A stretch of 64,000 nt of DNA from an uncultured Actinomycetota bacterium (GTDB lineage: Bacteria; Actinomycetota; Actinomycetes; Mycobacteriales; Jatrophihabitantaceae), in NCBI GenBank assembly GCA_963801715.1, contig CAWDGB010000009.1, positions 106,233 through 170,232 of the forward strand, read 5' to 3'. Under the pieces are notes generated by a model, which had not been told where the DNA came from, did not search any database, and worked only from the letters and a program-made list of their open reading frames with translations. Positions 29,661 through 39,413 of this stretch are shown here, piece by piece (the first letter of the stretch is position 1; each line of letters starts with the position of its first letter). Both the position numbers and the translations under genes were made by a program.

Positions 29661-30164
29661 ATGTCCACTCGTCAAGCGCTCGTCGAGGGCGCCAAGAAAG
29701 CCACGGACGCGTCGCGCGAGCAGGTCTACTGGTACGTCGGCGCTAACGACTACTGGTACGAGCAGCTGCGCCGTCAGCCTGCTGCCCTTCAGGACCTGTC
29801 CAACAAGGTCAGCAAGCTGTCCGATCTGCGCTTGGACTCGTTGCGCACCACCGTGTCCGACACGTCGAAGAACGTCGTCAGCGCCCTCTCGGAACAGCTG
29901 AAAGTTGCGCGCGACCGACGCGCAGAACTCGCGGCGCGCGGTGAGGCTATTACGCAGGACTGGTACAGCTCGGTCGCCGCTCAGGACGCCTCCGCTTTCG
30001 CATCCGCGGTTCGTGACGCCAAGAACCCGGTCGATCTAGCAAACGCTGTTCGTGGCTGGTACTGGAACTTCGACGCGGCCGACCCCGGGACGCCAAAGCC
30101 CGCGGCAGAGCCGAAGTCGGACGGCCCAAAGGCCAGTCCCCGCAAGGCGGCTCCGCCGAAGTAG
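29661..30164 (+). CDS. coiled-coil protein with Lys/Pro-rich tail (heparin-binding hemagglutinin HbhA-like architecture)
   Basis: 167 aa, helical/coiled-coil body (…RRAELAARGEAITQDW…), tail PKPAAEPKSDGPKASPRKAAPPK, GGGAG RBS. The assignment rests on architecture only. Confidence 0.45.
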   Translation: MSTRQALVEGAKKATDASREQVYWYVGANDYWYEQLRRQPAALQDLSNKVSKLSDLRLDSLRTTVSDTSKNVVSALSEQLKVARDRRAELAARGEAITQDWYSSVAAQDASAFASAVRDAKNPVDLANAVRGWYWNFDAADPGTPKPAAEPKSDGPKASPRKAAPPK

Positions 30165-30174
30165 CTGCCTGTGT

Positions 30175-30216
30175 GACGAAGGCCTTCCGGCGATTCTTCG
30201 CCGGAAGGCCTTCGTC
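30175..30216. terminator. bidirectional intrinsic terminator hairpin
   Basis: GACGAAGGCCTTCCGGCG-attctt-CGCCGGAAGGCCTTCGTC is a perfect 18-bp stem between convergent genes ending at 30164 (+) and 30257 (-). Confidence 0.7.
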
Positions 30217-30256
30217 GCGGTGGCGCAGAACAACTAGGGCGCGCCCGCTCACCTGG

Positions 30257-31057
30257 TCAAAATTCGATGCGCCCATCGCGCGCACGCAACGTAGCAAGCA
30301 GTCCCTGCAGATCGCTCTGCGACACCGATCGTTGCCACTCGTGGATCAGACCACGCATGATGATCTTGTCTGGGAATGTCTCGACCGAACTGAGCACGGC
30401 CTGATCCGGCAGTAGCGGAAAGGGCACGGTGTGGTCGGGCAGATGAATCGGCAGGCGACGTGACCTGATACGGAGCGCAATGCATTCGAGGCGAATCGAC
30501 CGTCCCTCGGCCGACGGCCGCACTTCGAGGCGAAGCCAGCTCGGCGCCTTCGGCAGGCGGATTAGCGGTGTGCCTTCGACAAATTCAACGCCGTGCGTTG
30601 GCGCGACATCTGCCAGCCAACCAGCGACGACCGACGGCGCTGCCCATAGTTCCCACGACACGGGCGCGGCAACGAGCGTCGGAGGCATGCCTGGACGGAC
30701 ATGAACGTTGCGTGCGCGAAACTCCAGGCGCTCGATGCGCGAGACATCCCAGTGGATATCGCGGGTGACGATATGGATGTCGCCGAATTGTCCGACCGAG
30801 CGCGCAAGATCGCTTCCCGTAATCGAGACGTCGTCGAGCGTTAGAGTCACGTCCCGACCCCATAGACGAAACGTGCGACTACGACCGACAACGCGATCAC
30901 GCACCGTATTCAGGATTGCCGCCAGCGGGTCGATCGGGAGTACCCGGCTGGCCGGACTGGCGATCGATGACGCCGCCGACGATGCGGTGGAGATCAGCCG
31001 CATCCAGGTGCGCGTCCAGTCCTCTGGCGTCCCCGGACCCGGCAAGGACGGCCCCAT
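30257..31057 (-). CDS. hypothetical protein (possibly DUF2993/LmeA-like)
   Basis: Track ORF 30257..31342 trimmed to ATG 31057 to avoid overlap with tesB. Codon bias looks coding, but no confident family. The start is uncertain. Confidence 0.45.
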   Translation of the reverse strand: MGPSLPGPGTPEDWTRTWMRLISTASSAASSIASPASRVLPIDPLAAILNTVRDRVVGRSRTFRLWGRDVTLTLDDVSITGSDLARSVGQFGDIHIVTRDIHWDVSRIERLEFRARNVHVRPGMPPTLVAAPVSWELWAAPSVVAGWLADVAPTHGVEFVEGTPLIRLPKAPSWLRLEVRPSAEGRSIRLECIALRIRSRRLPIHLPDHTVPFPLLPDQAVLSSVETFPDKIIMRGLIHEWQRSVSQSDLQGLLATLRARDGRIEF

Positions 31058-31252
31058 GGCCCCATCCTGTCGGTCGGATAGTTGACGCGCAAACGGACCG
31101 TCGCCCGGCTTCGTGGTTACCAGCACGGCCCAGAACTCGAGCTGGACCGAGCGGCGTCCGAGGAATAGAGCGGTTGCGCGGAGACCCGAGAAGACAGTGC
31201 TTCCAGACCGGCAGGCCGGTGCCCGAGCGCCGGGCCGGTAAGGTCCGGCGCC

Positions 31253-32128
31253 GTGCAGCCCATTGACCCAGATACGGCCGATCTCGTCAGCATGCTCAGC
31301 CTCGCCCGCGACGACGCTGACCTGTTCCGCGGACGTTGCCACGCCGGCGCGCCGCTACGCGCGTTCGGCGGTCAGGTCGCCGCACAAGCGCTTACCGCCG
31401 CTGGGCGCACTATTGACGCCCCGCAGTCACCGAACTCGCTGCACGGTTATTTCCTGCGTGCCGGTGATCCTCGCGACCCGATCGAGTATCGCGTGGAGCG
31501 GCTACACGACGGTGGCACGTATGCCAACCGGCGCGTTACCGCGACACAGCGCGGCGAGGCGATCTTTACGCTGTCCGCCTCGTTCAAGCGCCCGGAAGAG
31601 GGGTACGACCGGCACGTTCGCATGCCCTCGGCCACACCGCCCGAGCAGCTGACCGACCCGCTCGACGATCCCGGGCCGCACCCGGACTACGCCGACTTCC
31701 CGGGGTGGGGAGTGATCTCGATGCGATTCGTGCCCCCGGCCGAGGGTTCCGGTACACCCGGGCAGAACGAGCAGTTGGTGTGGATCCGGGCCACCCAGCC
31801 ACTGCCCGACGAGCTTCTGCTTCACGTCTGCGCGCTCGCCTACGCCTCGGACCTCAGCCTCGCCTCGACAGCGGCGCTCGATCTGCAAGACCCGCCGCCC
31901 ATCCGCACCGCAACGCCGCGGGTGCGGCTGGTATCCCTCGACCACGCCATGTGGTTCCACCGTCCGTTCCGCGCCGACAACTGGCTGCTGTTCGCGACGC
32001 GCAGCCGTACGGCGGGCGACGGCCGTGGCCTGGCCACCGGCGAATTCTTCACGCGAGACGGTCGGCTCGTCGCATCGGTGACCCAGGAAGCCCTGCTGCG
32101 ACCCATCGCCGAGCCGCGGAAACCCTGA
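31253..32128 (+). CDS. tesB: acyl-CoA thioesterase II
   Basis: LFRGRCHAGAPLRAFGGQVAAQAL...SLHGYFLRAGDP..PIEYRVERLHDGGTYANRRV...DHAMWFHRPFRADNWLLF. Confidence 0.85.
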   Translation: MQPIDPDTADLVSMLSLARDDADLFRGRCHAGAPLRAFGGQVAAQALTAAGRTIDAPQSPNSLHGYFLRAGDPRDPIEYRVERLHDGGTYANRRVTATQRGEAIFTLSASFKRPEEGYDRHVRMPSATPPEQLTDPLDDPGPHPDYADFPGWGVISMRFVPPAEGSGTPGQNEQLVWIRATQPLPDELLLHVCALAYASDLSLASTAALDLQDPPPIRTATPRVRLVSLDHAMWFHRPFRADNWLLFATRSRTAGDGRGLATGEFFTRDGRLVASVTQEALLRPIAEPRKP

Positions 32129-32152
32129 TCGGCACAGAGCCGGCGGCCGGGC

Positions 32153-33118
32153 TCACTCCTTGCGTTTCGCGAGCTCCTCGGTGAGTTGCGGCGCGATCGT
32201 GAACAGATCACCGACGACGCCGTAATCGGCGAGTTCGAAGATTGGGGCCTCGGGGTCCTTGTTGATAGCGATGATCGTCTTGGAGGTTTGCATCCCGGCC
32301 CGGTGCTGAATGGCACCGGAGATACCGACGGCGATATAGAGCTGCGGCGAAACCGTCACTCCGGTCTGACCCACCTGCATCTGGTGCGGGACCCAGCCGG
32401 CGTCGACGACGGCGCGTGAGGCGCCGACCGCGGCACCGAGTGTGTCAGCAAGCTTCTCGATGATCCGGAAGTTCTCGGCGGTGCCGATACCCCGGCCGCC
32501 TGAGACGACGATGGAGGCGTCCGAGAGAGCCGGCCGAGCGCCTTTGTCTTCGCTCACGTGCTCGACCAAGGTTGCCGCTTTCGCCGCATCCGAGAGTGAG
32601 ACGTCCAACTCGACGACCTCGGCAGTGGCGGGGGTGGCGGCCGGTTCCGGCGTGATCGAGTTGGGTCGCACCGCGATCACCGGTACGCCGTTGGGAACCT
32701 TCGAGGTCACGGTGATCGAGCCGCCGAAAATGCTTTGCTCGACGCTGCCGTCGGCGTTGACGGCGACCGCGTCGGTGAGCACGCCGCTGCCGAGTTTGAT
32801 CGCCAGTCGGGCGGCGATCTCTTTGTTGTCGGCCGTCGAGGACACCAGCACAGCGGCGGGCGTAGCTTGCGCCGCGACCGCGGCCAGCGCCTCGGCCCTC
32901 GGTGCGACCAGATACTGATCGAAGTCCTCATTCGCAACCGCGTAGATGGTCGCGGCGCCGTACTCGGCAAGTGCGTCAGACAGCGCCGCGGCTTGCCCAG
33001 GGCGCCCGAGCACGACTGCCGCTGGCTCGCCCAGTGCCCGAGCCGCGGTCAGCAGCTCGAGGGTGACCTTCTTGACCACATCGCCAGTCGCATCGACCAG
33101 CACCAACACCTTCGCCAT
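32153..33118 (-). CDS. etfA: electron transfer flavoprotein subunit alpha
   Basis: MAKVLVLVD...VVSGGRGIG...AVGASRAVVDAGW...QVGQTGVTVSPQLYIAVGISGAIQHRAGM. Confidence 0.9.
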   Translation of the reverse strand: MAKVLVLVDATGDVVKKVTLELLTAARALGEPAAVVLGRPGQAAALSDALAEYGAATIYAVANEDFDQYLVAPRAEALAAVAAQATPAAVLVSSTADNKEIAARLAIKLGSGVLTDAVAVNADGSVEQSIFGGSITVTSKVPNGVPVIAVRPNSITPEPAATPATAEVVELDVSLSDAAKAATLVEHVSEDKGARPALSDASIVVSGGRGIGTAENFRIIEKLADTLGAAVGASRAVVDAGWVPHQMQVGQTGVTVSPQLYIAVGISGAIQHRAGMQTSKTIIAINKDPEAPIFELADYGVVGDLFTIAPQLTEELAKRKE

Positions 33119-33138
33119 GACTTAGCCTCCCTTCGAGC

Positions 33139-33918
33139 TCAGATGAGCTTTCGCGACGCGAGGAACTCCGCGATCTTGACCCCACCGTCGCCGTCATCGA
33201 CGACGACCTGCCCGGCCTGGCGGGGTGGAGCGACCGCGAACTCCACCACCTGGGTGGAGGCGGCGGCCAATCCGAACTCTCCGGCATCGAGGTCTAGATC
33301 GGCGACGGTCATTGTCTTAACCGGTTTTGACTTCGCCGCCATGATCCCCTTGAACGATGGATACCGCGGCTCGTTGATCTTCTCCACGACGCTTATTACT
33401 GCCGGTAGGCCGCCGCGGACTACGTCGAAGCCGTCGCCGGACAGCCGCTCGATCGAGACGCTGTCCCCGTCCACGGTGACCTTGCGGGCCTGGGACAGCT
33501 GCGGCACCCCCAGCACCTCGGCCAACATGGCCGGCACCACTGACATCCGCGAATCCGTTGCCTCTGAGCCCGCCACGACCACGTCCCACTCGAGCGTGCC
33601 CAGCGCGGCGGCCAGCACCTTCGCCGTCTGAATCGCGCACGAACCGTGCAGTACTGGATCTGACACATGGACCGCGCGGTCGACACCCATGGACAACGCC
33701 TTACGAATCGACTCAGTGGCCCGCTCTGGCCCGACCGTCAGGAGGGTGACGTCGCCGTCATGCGCCTCCCGAAGCCGCAGGCCCTCCTCTATCGCGAACT
33801 CATCAATATAGTTGATCACTGGGTCGACCGCGCTGCGGTCGACCGTGTTGTCCGCGGGGTCGAGGGTACGGGCGCCTTCGGTGTCGGGAACTTGCTTCAT
33901 CAGCACCACGATGTTCAT
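33139..33918 (-). CDS. etfB: electron transfer flavoprotein subunit beta
   Basis: MNIVVLMKQVPDTEGAR...NYIDEFAIEEGLRL...VVAGSEATD; sits directly upstream of etfA. Confidence 0.9.
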   Translation of the reverse strand: MNIVVLMKQVPDTEGARTLDPADNTVDRSAVDPVINYIDEFAIEEGLRLREAHDGDVTLLTVGPERATESIRKALSMGVDRAVHVSDPVLHGSCAIQTAKVLAAALGTLEWDVVVAGSEATDSRMSVVPAMLAEVLGVPQLSQARKVTVDGDSVSIERLSGDGFDVVRGGLPAVISVVEKINEPRYPSFKGIMAAKSKPVKTMTVADLDLDAGEFGLAAASTQVVEFAVAPPRQAGQVVVDDGDGGVKIAEFLASRKLI

Positions 33919-34018
33919 CTAAGCGCCGGCCCTTCCTACGAGCGTCGGGAACCTGCCGGTGAAGGCAGCTAGGAACTTACCCTAGTGGGCGTCAAGTTAG
34001 CGCCCGGCCATCGAACGC

Positions 34019-35844
34019 CTATCCCACGCCGAGGCGTTGTCGAAGGGCATCGAGCTCGACGTGCAAGGATGTGGGCAGTCTCGGGCCGATCGTGTCGAGC
34101 CAGCTCTGGATGGCCGGGATCTCGGTGCGCCATTCGATCGGGTCGACGGCGAGTGCCGCCGCGAGTTCCGCGGGGGAGAGGTCGAGTCCTGAGGTGTCGA
34201 GCGCATCCGGTGTTGGGGTATGGCCGACGGGCGTGTCGGTTGCCGCGGTTTGGTTCGACAGACGCTGCAGCGCCCACTTGAGCACGCGGATGTTGTCCCC
34301 GAACCCGGGCCAGAGGAAGCGGCCATCGGCGTCGCGGCGGAACCAATTGACGTAGAAGATCGCGGGTAGCTTGGCCGCGTCGTGGCTCTTGCCGACTTCG
34401 ATCCAATGGGCGAAGTAGTCACCGGCGTCGTAGCCGATGAACGGGAGCATGGCCATCGGGTCCCGGCGTACCAGGCCGACGTGCCCGCTGGCGGCGGCGG
34501 TGGTCTCCGAGGACAGGGTGGCCGCGAGGAACACGCCGTGTTGCCAGTCCCGCGCCTGGACGACCAGTGGGACGGTGTCGCGGCGCCGGCCGCCGAAGAA
34601 GATCGCGTCCAGCGGTACGCCGGCGGGGTTGTCCCATTCGGTGGCGAGGATGGGGCACTGCTCGATCGGCGTGCAGAACCGGGCATTGGCATGCGCCGCT
34701 GTGGTGCCGGATTCCGGTGTCCACGATTCGCCACGCCAGTCGGTGAGGTGTGCGGGTGGCTCGGTTCGGACATGCCCTCCCACCACACGTCCCCGTCGTC
34801 GGTCAGGGCCACGTTGGTGAAGATCGAATGCCCAGCGGCGATCGTCCGCATCGCGTTCGGGTTCGTACGCCAGCCGGTGCCGGGTGCAACGCCGAACAGG
34901 CCCTTCTCCGGGTTGAGGGCATGCAGCCGGCCGTCCGGGCCGACCTGGATCCAGGCGATGTCGTCACCCAGGGTCTCCACCCGCCAGCCCGGCAGGGTGG
35001 GCTCGAGCATGGCCAGGTTCGTCTTACCGCACGCCGAGGGAAATGCGGCCGCGATGTAGTAGCTGCGCTCCTCCGGCGAAGTGAGCTTGGCAAGGAGCAT
35101 GTGCTCGGCCAGCCAACCCTGCTCACGGGCGATAACCGAGGCGATCCGCAGCGCGTAGCACTTCTTGCCCAGCAACGCGTTGCCTCCGTACCCGGAGCCG
35201 TAGGACCAGACCAGGCGCTCCTCGGGGAAGTGCGAGATGTATTTCGTGGCGTTGCACGGCCACGGCCGGTCCGCCTCGCCGGGTGCCAGCGGCGCACCGA
35301 CACTGTGCAGCCCGGGCACGAACTCGCGATCATCTCCGAGGAGCGCCATTGCCGGCGATCCGCAGCGGGTCATGATGTGCATCGATGCCACGACATAGGG
35401 CGAGTCGGTCAGCTCGACCCCGAGCATCGGTTCCGGCGCGGTCAACGGACCCATGCAGTACGGAATGACGTACATCGTGCGGCCGCGCATGCAGTCGCGG
35501 AACAGGCCGGTGAGCACGCGTTTCATCTCGTCCGGATCTTCCCAGTTGTTCGTCACCCCGGCGTCGCCCGGATCGCGGCTGCAGATGAAGGTGCGGTCTT
35601 CGACCCGCGCGACATCCGACGGGTCCGATCGGCACCAGAACGAATCGGGCTTCCGATCCGGGTTGAGTCGGACGAACGTCCCCGCATCCACAAGCTCGTC
35701 GGTGATCCGCCGCCACTCAGCGGCCGACCCGTCCACCCACACGACCCGGTCCGGCTGGGTCAACTCAGCGCATTCCCGCACCCAGGCCAACAGCCCGGCG
35801 TGTGTCGTCGGGGCGGCGTCCAATCCAGGAATCATCGCAATCAC
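34019..35844 (-). pseudogene. pckG: phosphoenolpyruvate carboxykinase (GTP), frame break near 34755-34770
   Basis: The N-terminal about 360 aa (…[11 protein letters not shown]…[18 protein letters not shown]) is in ORF 33997..35844. The remainder ([13 protein letters not shown]…ARFCTP…[12 protein letters not shown]…DPMAMLPF…VNWFRR) is in ORF 34019..34786. Span is 1826 nt (2 mod 3, about one missing base). Confidence 0.85.
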
Positions 35845-36015
35845 ACCAGACTCTCCGCGCCCAGTCGCCCATCGACCGCGCCTGCGGCCGGACCGGGCAG
35901 AGGGAAATAGGTGCTCAATTTAACCAGTGAAACGGCATGGTCCGATGCGGTGCGGGTCACACATTCTCCCGGCGCAGGAAGCGTTTCCTGTGGCAGCGAG
36001 CCTGGCGGGAGGAAC

Positions 36016-36783
36016 TCAACGCGGCGCCATGCGCAGCGCGCCGTCCAGCCGGATCGTCTCCCCGTTGAGGTAGGCATTACGCACGATGGTGGCGGCCAGG
36101 TCGGCGAATTCGTCGACGTTGCCGAGGCGAGGCGGGTTGGGCACGGTCTCCGACAGGCTGGCCTTGATGTCGGCGCGGAGAAGGTTGCCGAGCATGGGAG
36201 TGTCCATGATTCCTGGCGCAATCGAGCAGACCCGGATTCGGGAGCTGGCCAGGTCCCGAGCAGCGACGAGCGTCATGCCGACGACGCCGCCCTTGGATGC
36301 CGAATAGGCGATCTGGCCGATCTGGCCCTCGAATCCGGCGATTGAGGCGGTGAGCACGCAGACGCCACGTTCCCCGTCGATCTCGTCGTTGTTGGCCATA
36401 CTGGCCGCAGCGAGCCGCAGCACGTTGAACGTTCCTATGAGATTGACAGTGATGACCCGCGTGTAGATCTCGAGGGAGCCGGGATCGCCATGCTTGTCCA
36501 CCAGCCGGACCGCATCGCCGATGCCGGCACAATGGACGAGCACGCGGAGTGACCCGATCTCCTCGGCCGCTGCGACGGCGGCCGCCACGTCCTCGGGGCT
36601 TGTCACGTCGCCTGGGGCGAAAATCGTCTTGCCGCCAAGCTCCTCATACACGTCCTTCCCGCGGGACGACGGAAGATCCATGATCACTACGTTGCCGCCC
36701 TCGCGGATCAGTCGCCGGGCTGACGCGAGGCCGAGGCCGGAGGCGCCGCCGGTGACGAGAGCGGTGATGCCGTCGAGATTCAT
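36016..36783 (-). CDS. 3-hydroxyacyl-CoA dehydrogenase (SDR, type-2 HADH-like)
   Basis: [13 protein letters not shown]...VHCAGIG...[26 protein letters not shown]...[10 protein letters not shown]. Confidence 0.85.
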   Translation of the reverse strand: MNLDGITALVTGGASGLGLASARRLIREGGNVVIMDLPSSRGKDVYEELGGKTIFAPGDVTSPEDVAAAVAAAEEIGSLRVLVHCAGIGDAVRLVDKHGDPGSLEIYTRVITVNLIGTFNVLRLAAASMANNDEIDGERGVCVLTASIAGFEGQIGQIAYSASKGGVVGMTLVAARDLASSRIRVCSIAPGIMDTPMLGNLLRADIKASLSETVPNPPRLGNVDEFADLAATIVRNAYLNGETIRLDGALRMAPR

Positions 36784-36828
36784 CGGTGGGATCCTTCCCT
36801 GGCCCTCGCCAATCTGCCGGCTTCGTGG

Positions 36829-37992
36829 TCAGCGCATCAGCTCGACAATCGTCGCGTTGGCAAGGCCGCCGCCTTCGCACATGGTTTGCAGGCCGTAGCG
36901 GATGTTGTGGCGCTTCATGTGGTGGACGAGCGTTGTCATCAACCGCGCACCGGTGCTACCCAACGGGTGACCCAAGGCGATCGCACCCCCGTTGGGGTTG
37001 AGCGTCTTCTCGTCAGCTCCGGTCTCGGCCAGCCAAGCCATCGGGACCGGCGCAAAGGCTTCGTTGACCTCGAACGCGCCGATGTCGGCGAGATCAAGCC
37101 CGGACCGCTCCAGCGCCCGTTTCGTCGCCGGGATCGGCGCACTGAGCATCATGACCGGATCGGCGCCGGCCAGCACGGCAGTGTGTACCCGCGCGAGGGG
37201 GATGAGGCCCAGCCGGCCGGCGTTTTCTGAGGTCGTGAGTAATAGGGCGGCGGCGCCGTCGCTGATCTGGGATGAGTTACCCGCATGGATGACGCCGTCC
37301 GGCTTGAACGCAGGCTTGAGGGTGGCCATCCTCTCGATCGTGGTGCCGCGCCGGACGCCCTCGTCGGTGTCGAATACTGTGCCGTCCGGGAAGGCGAACG
37401 GCGCGATCTCGTCCCTGAATCGGCCCTCGTCGATCGCGGCCGCGGCTTTCTCATGTGACGCTAGGGAAAACTCGTCCAACCTGGTCCGGGATAGCTTCCA
37501 GTGGTCGGCCATCAGCTCAGCGCCGATTCCCTGGTTGAACTCATCTACGCCATACCGCTCGCGCAGTGATTCGGTGAAAGGTTGGCCGTACTCGGGAACC
37601 ACATTGGCGCCGATGGGCAAGCGGGACAGCATCTCCACGCCTCCGGCGATGGCCAGCTCGTAGTGGCCGGCGACGAGCCCGGCCGCAGCGAAGTGCACAC
37701 TTTGCTGCGAGGAACCGCACTGGCGGTCGATGGTCGTCGCCGGAACGGTCTCCGGCCAGCCAGCGGACAGCACAGCGTTACGGCCTACATTGACGCTCTG
37801 TTCGCCGACCTGCTGGACGCAGCCCCAGATCACGTCATCGACCGACGCCGGGTCGATGCTGGTGCGGGCGGCGAGCGCGTTCAGGACGTGTGCGGAAAGG
37901 TCGATCGCACTGACGCCCGACAAGCCGCCGTTCCTCTTGCCGATAGCGGAACGAACCGCGCCCACGATGACAGCGTCACGACGATGGCTCAT
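36829..37992 (-). CDS. acetyl-CoA C-acyltransferase (thiolase)
   Basis: TIDRQCGSSQQS (active Cys), NPNGGAIALGHPLGSTGARL, and the TMCEGGGLANA C-terminal motifs. Confidence 0.9.
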   Translation of the reverse strand: MSHRRDAVIVGAVRSAIGKRNGGLSGVSAIDLSAHVLNALAARTSIDPASVDDVIWGCVQQVGEQSVNVGRNAVLSAGWPETVPATTIDRQCGSSQQSVHFAAAGLVAGHYELAIAGGVEMLSRLPIGANVVPEYGQPFTESLRERYGVDEFNQGIGAELMADHWKLSRTRLDEFSLASHEKAAAAIDEGRFRDEIAPFAFPDGTVFDTDEGVRRGTTIERMATLKPAFKPDGVIHAGNSSQISDGAAALLLTTSENAGRLGLIPLARVHTAVLAGADPVMMLSAPIPATKRALERSGLDLADIGAFEVNEAFAPVPMAWLAETGADEKTLNPNGGAIALGHPLGSTGARLMTTLVHHMKRHNIRYGLQTMCEGGGLANATIVELMR

Positions 37993-38094
37993 GGTGTTCC
38001 TCTCGGTGCATCCTGAGGAAACCGTAACCGCTTTGAACGCTCGAGGTCGGGCCAGTTGCCCACATCACGCGGTTCCCCGGACCCGGGCTACTTA

Positions 38095-38156
38095 GATGAT
38101 CTTGGACACTGCGTCGCTAGGAGCGCCGCTTCCTAGCATTTAACTCCAAGATCATC
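38095..38156. repeat. nested inverted repeat (12-bp outer, 7-bp inner stems)
   Basis: GATGATCTTGGA (38095-38106) pairs with TCCAAGATCATC (38145-38156). These enclose GCTAGGA (38116-38122) and TCCTAGC (38131-38137). It is an A/T-richer patch between the Ddn-like gene stop and the thiolase start. Confidence 0.8.
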
Positions 38157-38175
38157 GCAGCGGCGAGGCCGGCAT

Positions 38176-38225
38176 GGCGGTGAGGGGGCGTGCGGCGGTG
38201 AGGGGGCGTCGCGGTGAGGCGGGCG
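38176..38225. repeat. 17-18-bp tandem repeat, about 3 copies
   Basis: GGCGGTGAGGGGGCGTGC / GGCGGTGAGGGGGCGTC / GCGGTGAGGCGGGCG, immediately downstream of the stop at 38226 on the minus strand. Confidence 0.8.
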
Positions 38226-38654
38226 CTAAGCAGTGGGTGTGAGGACCGCCAATGGTATTACCCGCTCGGTCTTGCGCTGGTACCCCTCAAAGAACGGTCC
38301 GATTGATGTCAGGCGCTGCCACAAGCGCTTATATTCGTCCCCCTCTGCAACCTGCACCGTGACCGGGATCTGGCGCGCGCCGATGTCGATCGACGCCGTC
38401 GGCGCGGCGCGCACATTGCGAAACCACTGGGGCTCATCGCGTTGGCCACCTCCCGAGCCGCACACCACGTAGCGGCCGTCGTCCTCGAAGTACACGACGG
38501 GATTGGTGTGCGGCGCGCCCGTCCTGCGACCTGCGACCGTGAGCAGCAGCACGGGCATTCCTCTGATCCGCCCACCCCGGCGTCCTTCGGAACGCCGGTA
38601 CCTTCGCACGTTCAGCGTGTTCCCGGTCCGCATGAGGCTCTGTCGTAATCCCAT
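38226..38654 (-). CDS. deazaflavin (F420)-dependent nitroreductase family protein (Ddn-like)
   Basis: ATG 38654 gives ...GMPVLLLTVAGRRTGAPHTNPVVYFEDDGRYVVCGSGGGQRDEPQWFRNVRAAP...VAEGDEYKRLW. Confidence 0.75.
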   Translation of the reverse strand: MGLRQSLMRTGNTLNVRRYRRSEGRRGGRIRGMPVLLLTVAGRRTGAPHTNPVVYFEDDGRYVVCGSGGGQRDEPQWFRNVRAAPTASIDIGARQIPVTVQVAEGDEYKRLWQRLTSIGPFFEGYQRKTERVIPLAVLTPTA

Positions 38655-38719
38655 CGCTTCCTCCTCGCCGTTGAGAGCTATCGACTCGAAAATCCACTCC
38701 CGGCCACCCCGGACACCCA

Positions 38720-39367
38720 TCACCACCCGTTGATGTGGAGCACGCTATCCAGCGGGGCGCGCGGTGCCGGCCGGAATGTGGTTCCGGTGTAGTAGGCCGT
38801 CGGGATTAACACGCCCTGGTGAATGCCGGCTGGCAGTTCGAGCAGTGCGGCAACCTCGGATTCGCGTTGAAGATGCAAGGTGGTCCACGCCGTGCCGAGG
38901 CCACGCGCTCGGGCGGCCAGCATGTAGTTCCATGCGGCGGGTAGCAGAGACCCCCACAGTCCGGCCTGGCTGCCGGAGGGCAGTTGCTTGCCGGCCTTGA
39001 CGCACGGGATCACGAGCACTGGTACGTCGCCCATGTGCTGTGCCAGCCACGCCACGCTGTCCCCGACGCGACGCTGTACCGGTCCGCGTTGCGGGTCATC
39101 GGTGAACAATCGCGCCGCAGACGCGCCGGAGGCGAGATACCCCTCGGTGACCTCGCGGTAGACGTCGCCGATGCGGCGTCGGATCTCGGCGTCATCGACG
39201 ACGACCCAGTGCCAGCCCTGACGGTTGGATCCCGTCGGCGCTTGAAGGCCGATCTCGAGGCATTCGCGGATCAAGCTCATCGGCACCGGACGGTCGAGAT
39301 CGAGCCGGCGGCGCACCGTGCGGGTGGTCGTCAGAAGCTCGTCGGGCGACAACGGCAGAGTGGGCAT
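38720..39367 (-). CDS. nitroreductase family protein
   Basis: ATG 39367 gives MPTLPLSPDELLTTTRTVRRRLDLDRPVP...APTGSNRQGWHWVVV...WNYMLAARARGLGTAWTT. Confidence 0.75.
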   Translation of the reverse strand: MPTLPLSPDELLTTTRTVRRRLDLDRPVPMSLIRECLEIGLQAPTGSNRQGWHWVVVDDAEIRRRIGDVYREVTEGYLASGASAARLFTDDPQRGPVQRRVGDSVAWLAQHMGDVPVLVIPCVKAGKQLPSGSQAGLWGSLLPAAWNYMLAARARGLGTAWTTLHLQRESEVAALLELPAGIHQGVLIPTAYYTGTTFRPAPRAPLDSVLHINGW

Positions 39368-39413
39368 GACGCGATCATGCCAGCGGTCGGGTGCGCTATG
39401 GCCGCGTTCAGAT

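Noticed and set aside
33997-35844. 615-aa ORF taken at face value as PEPCK.
   Set aside because: Only the first about 360 residues are PEPCK. The rest is out-of-frame sequence, and the true C-terminal half is ORF 34019..34786.
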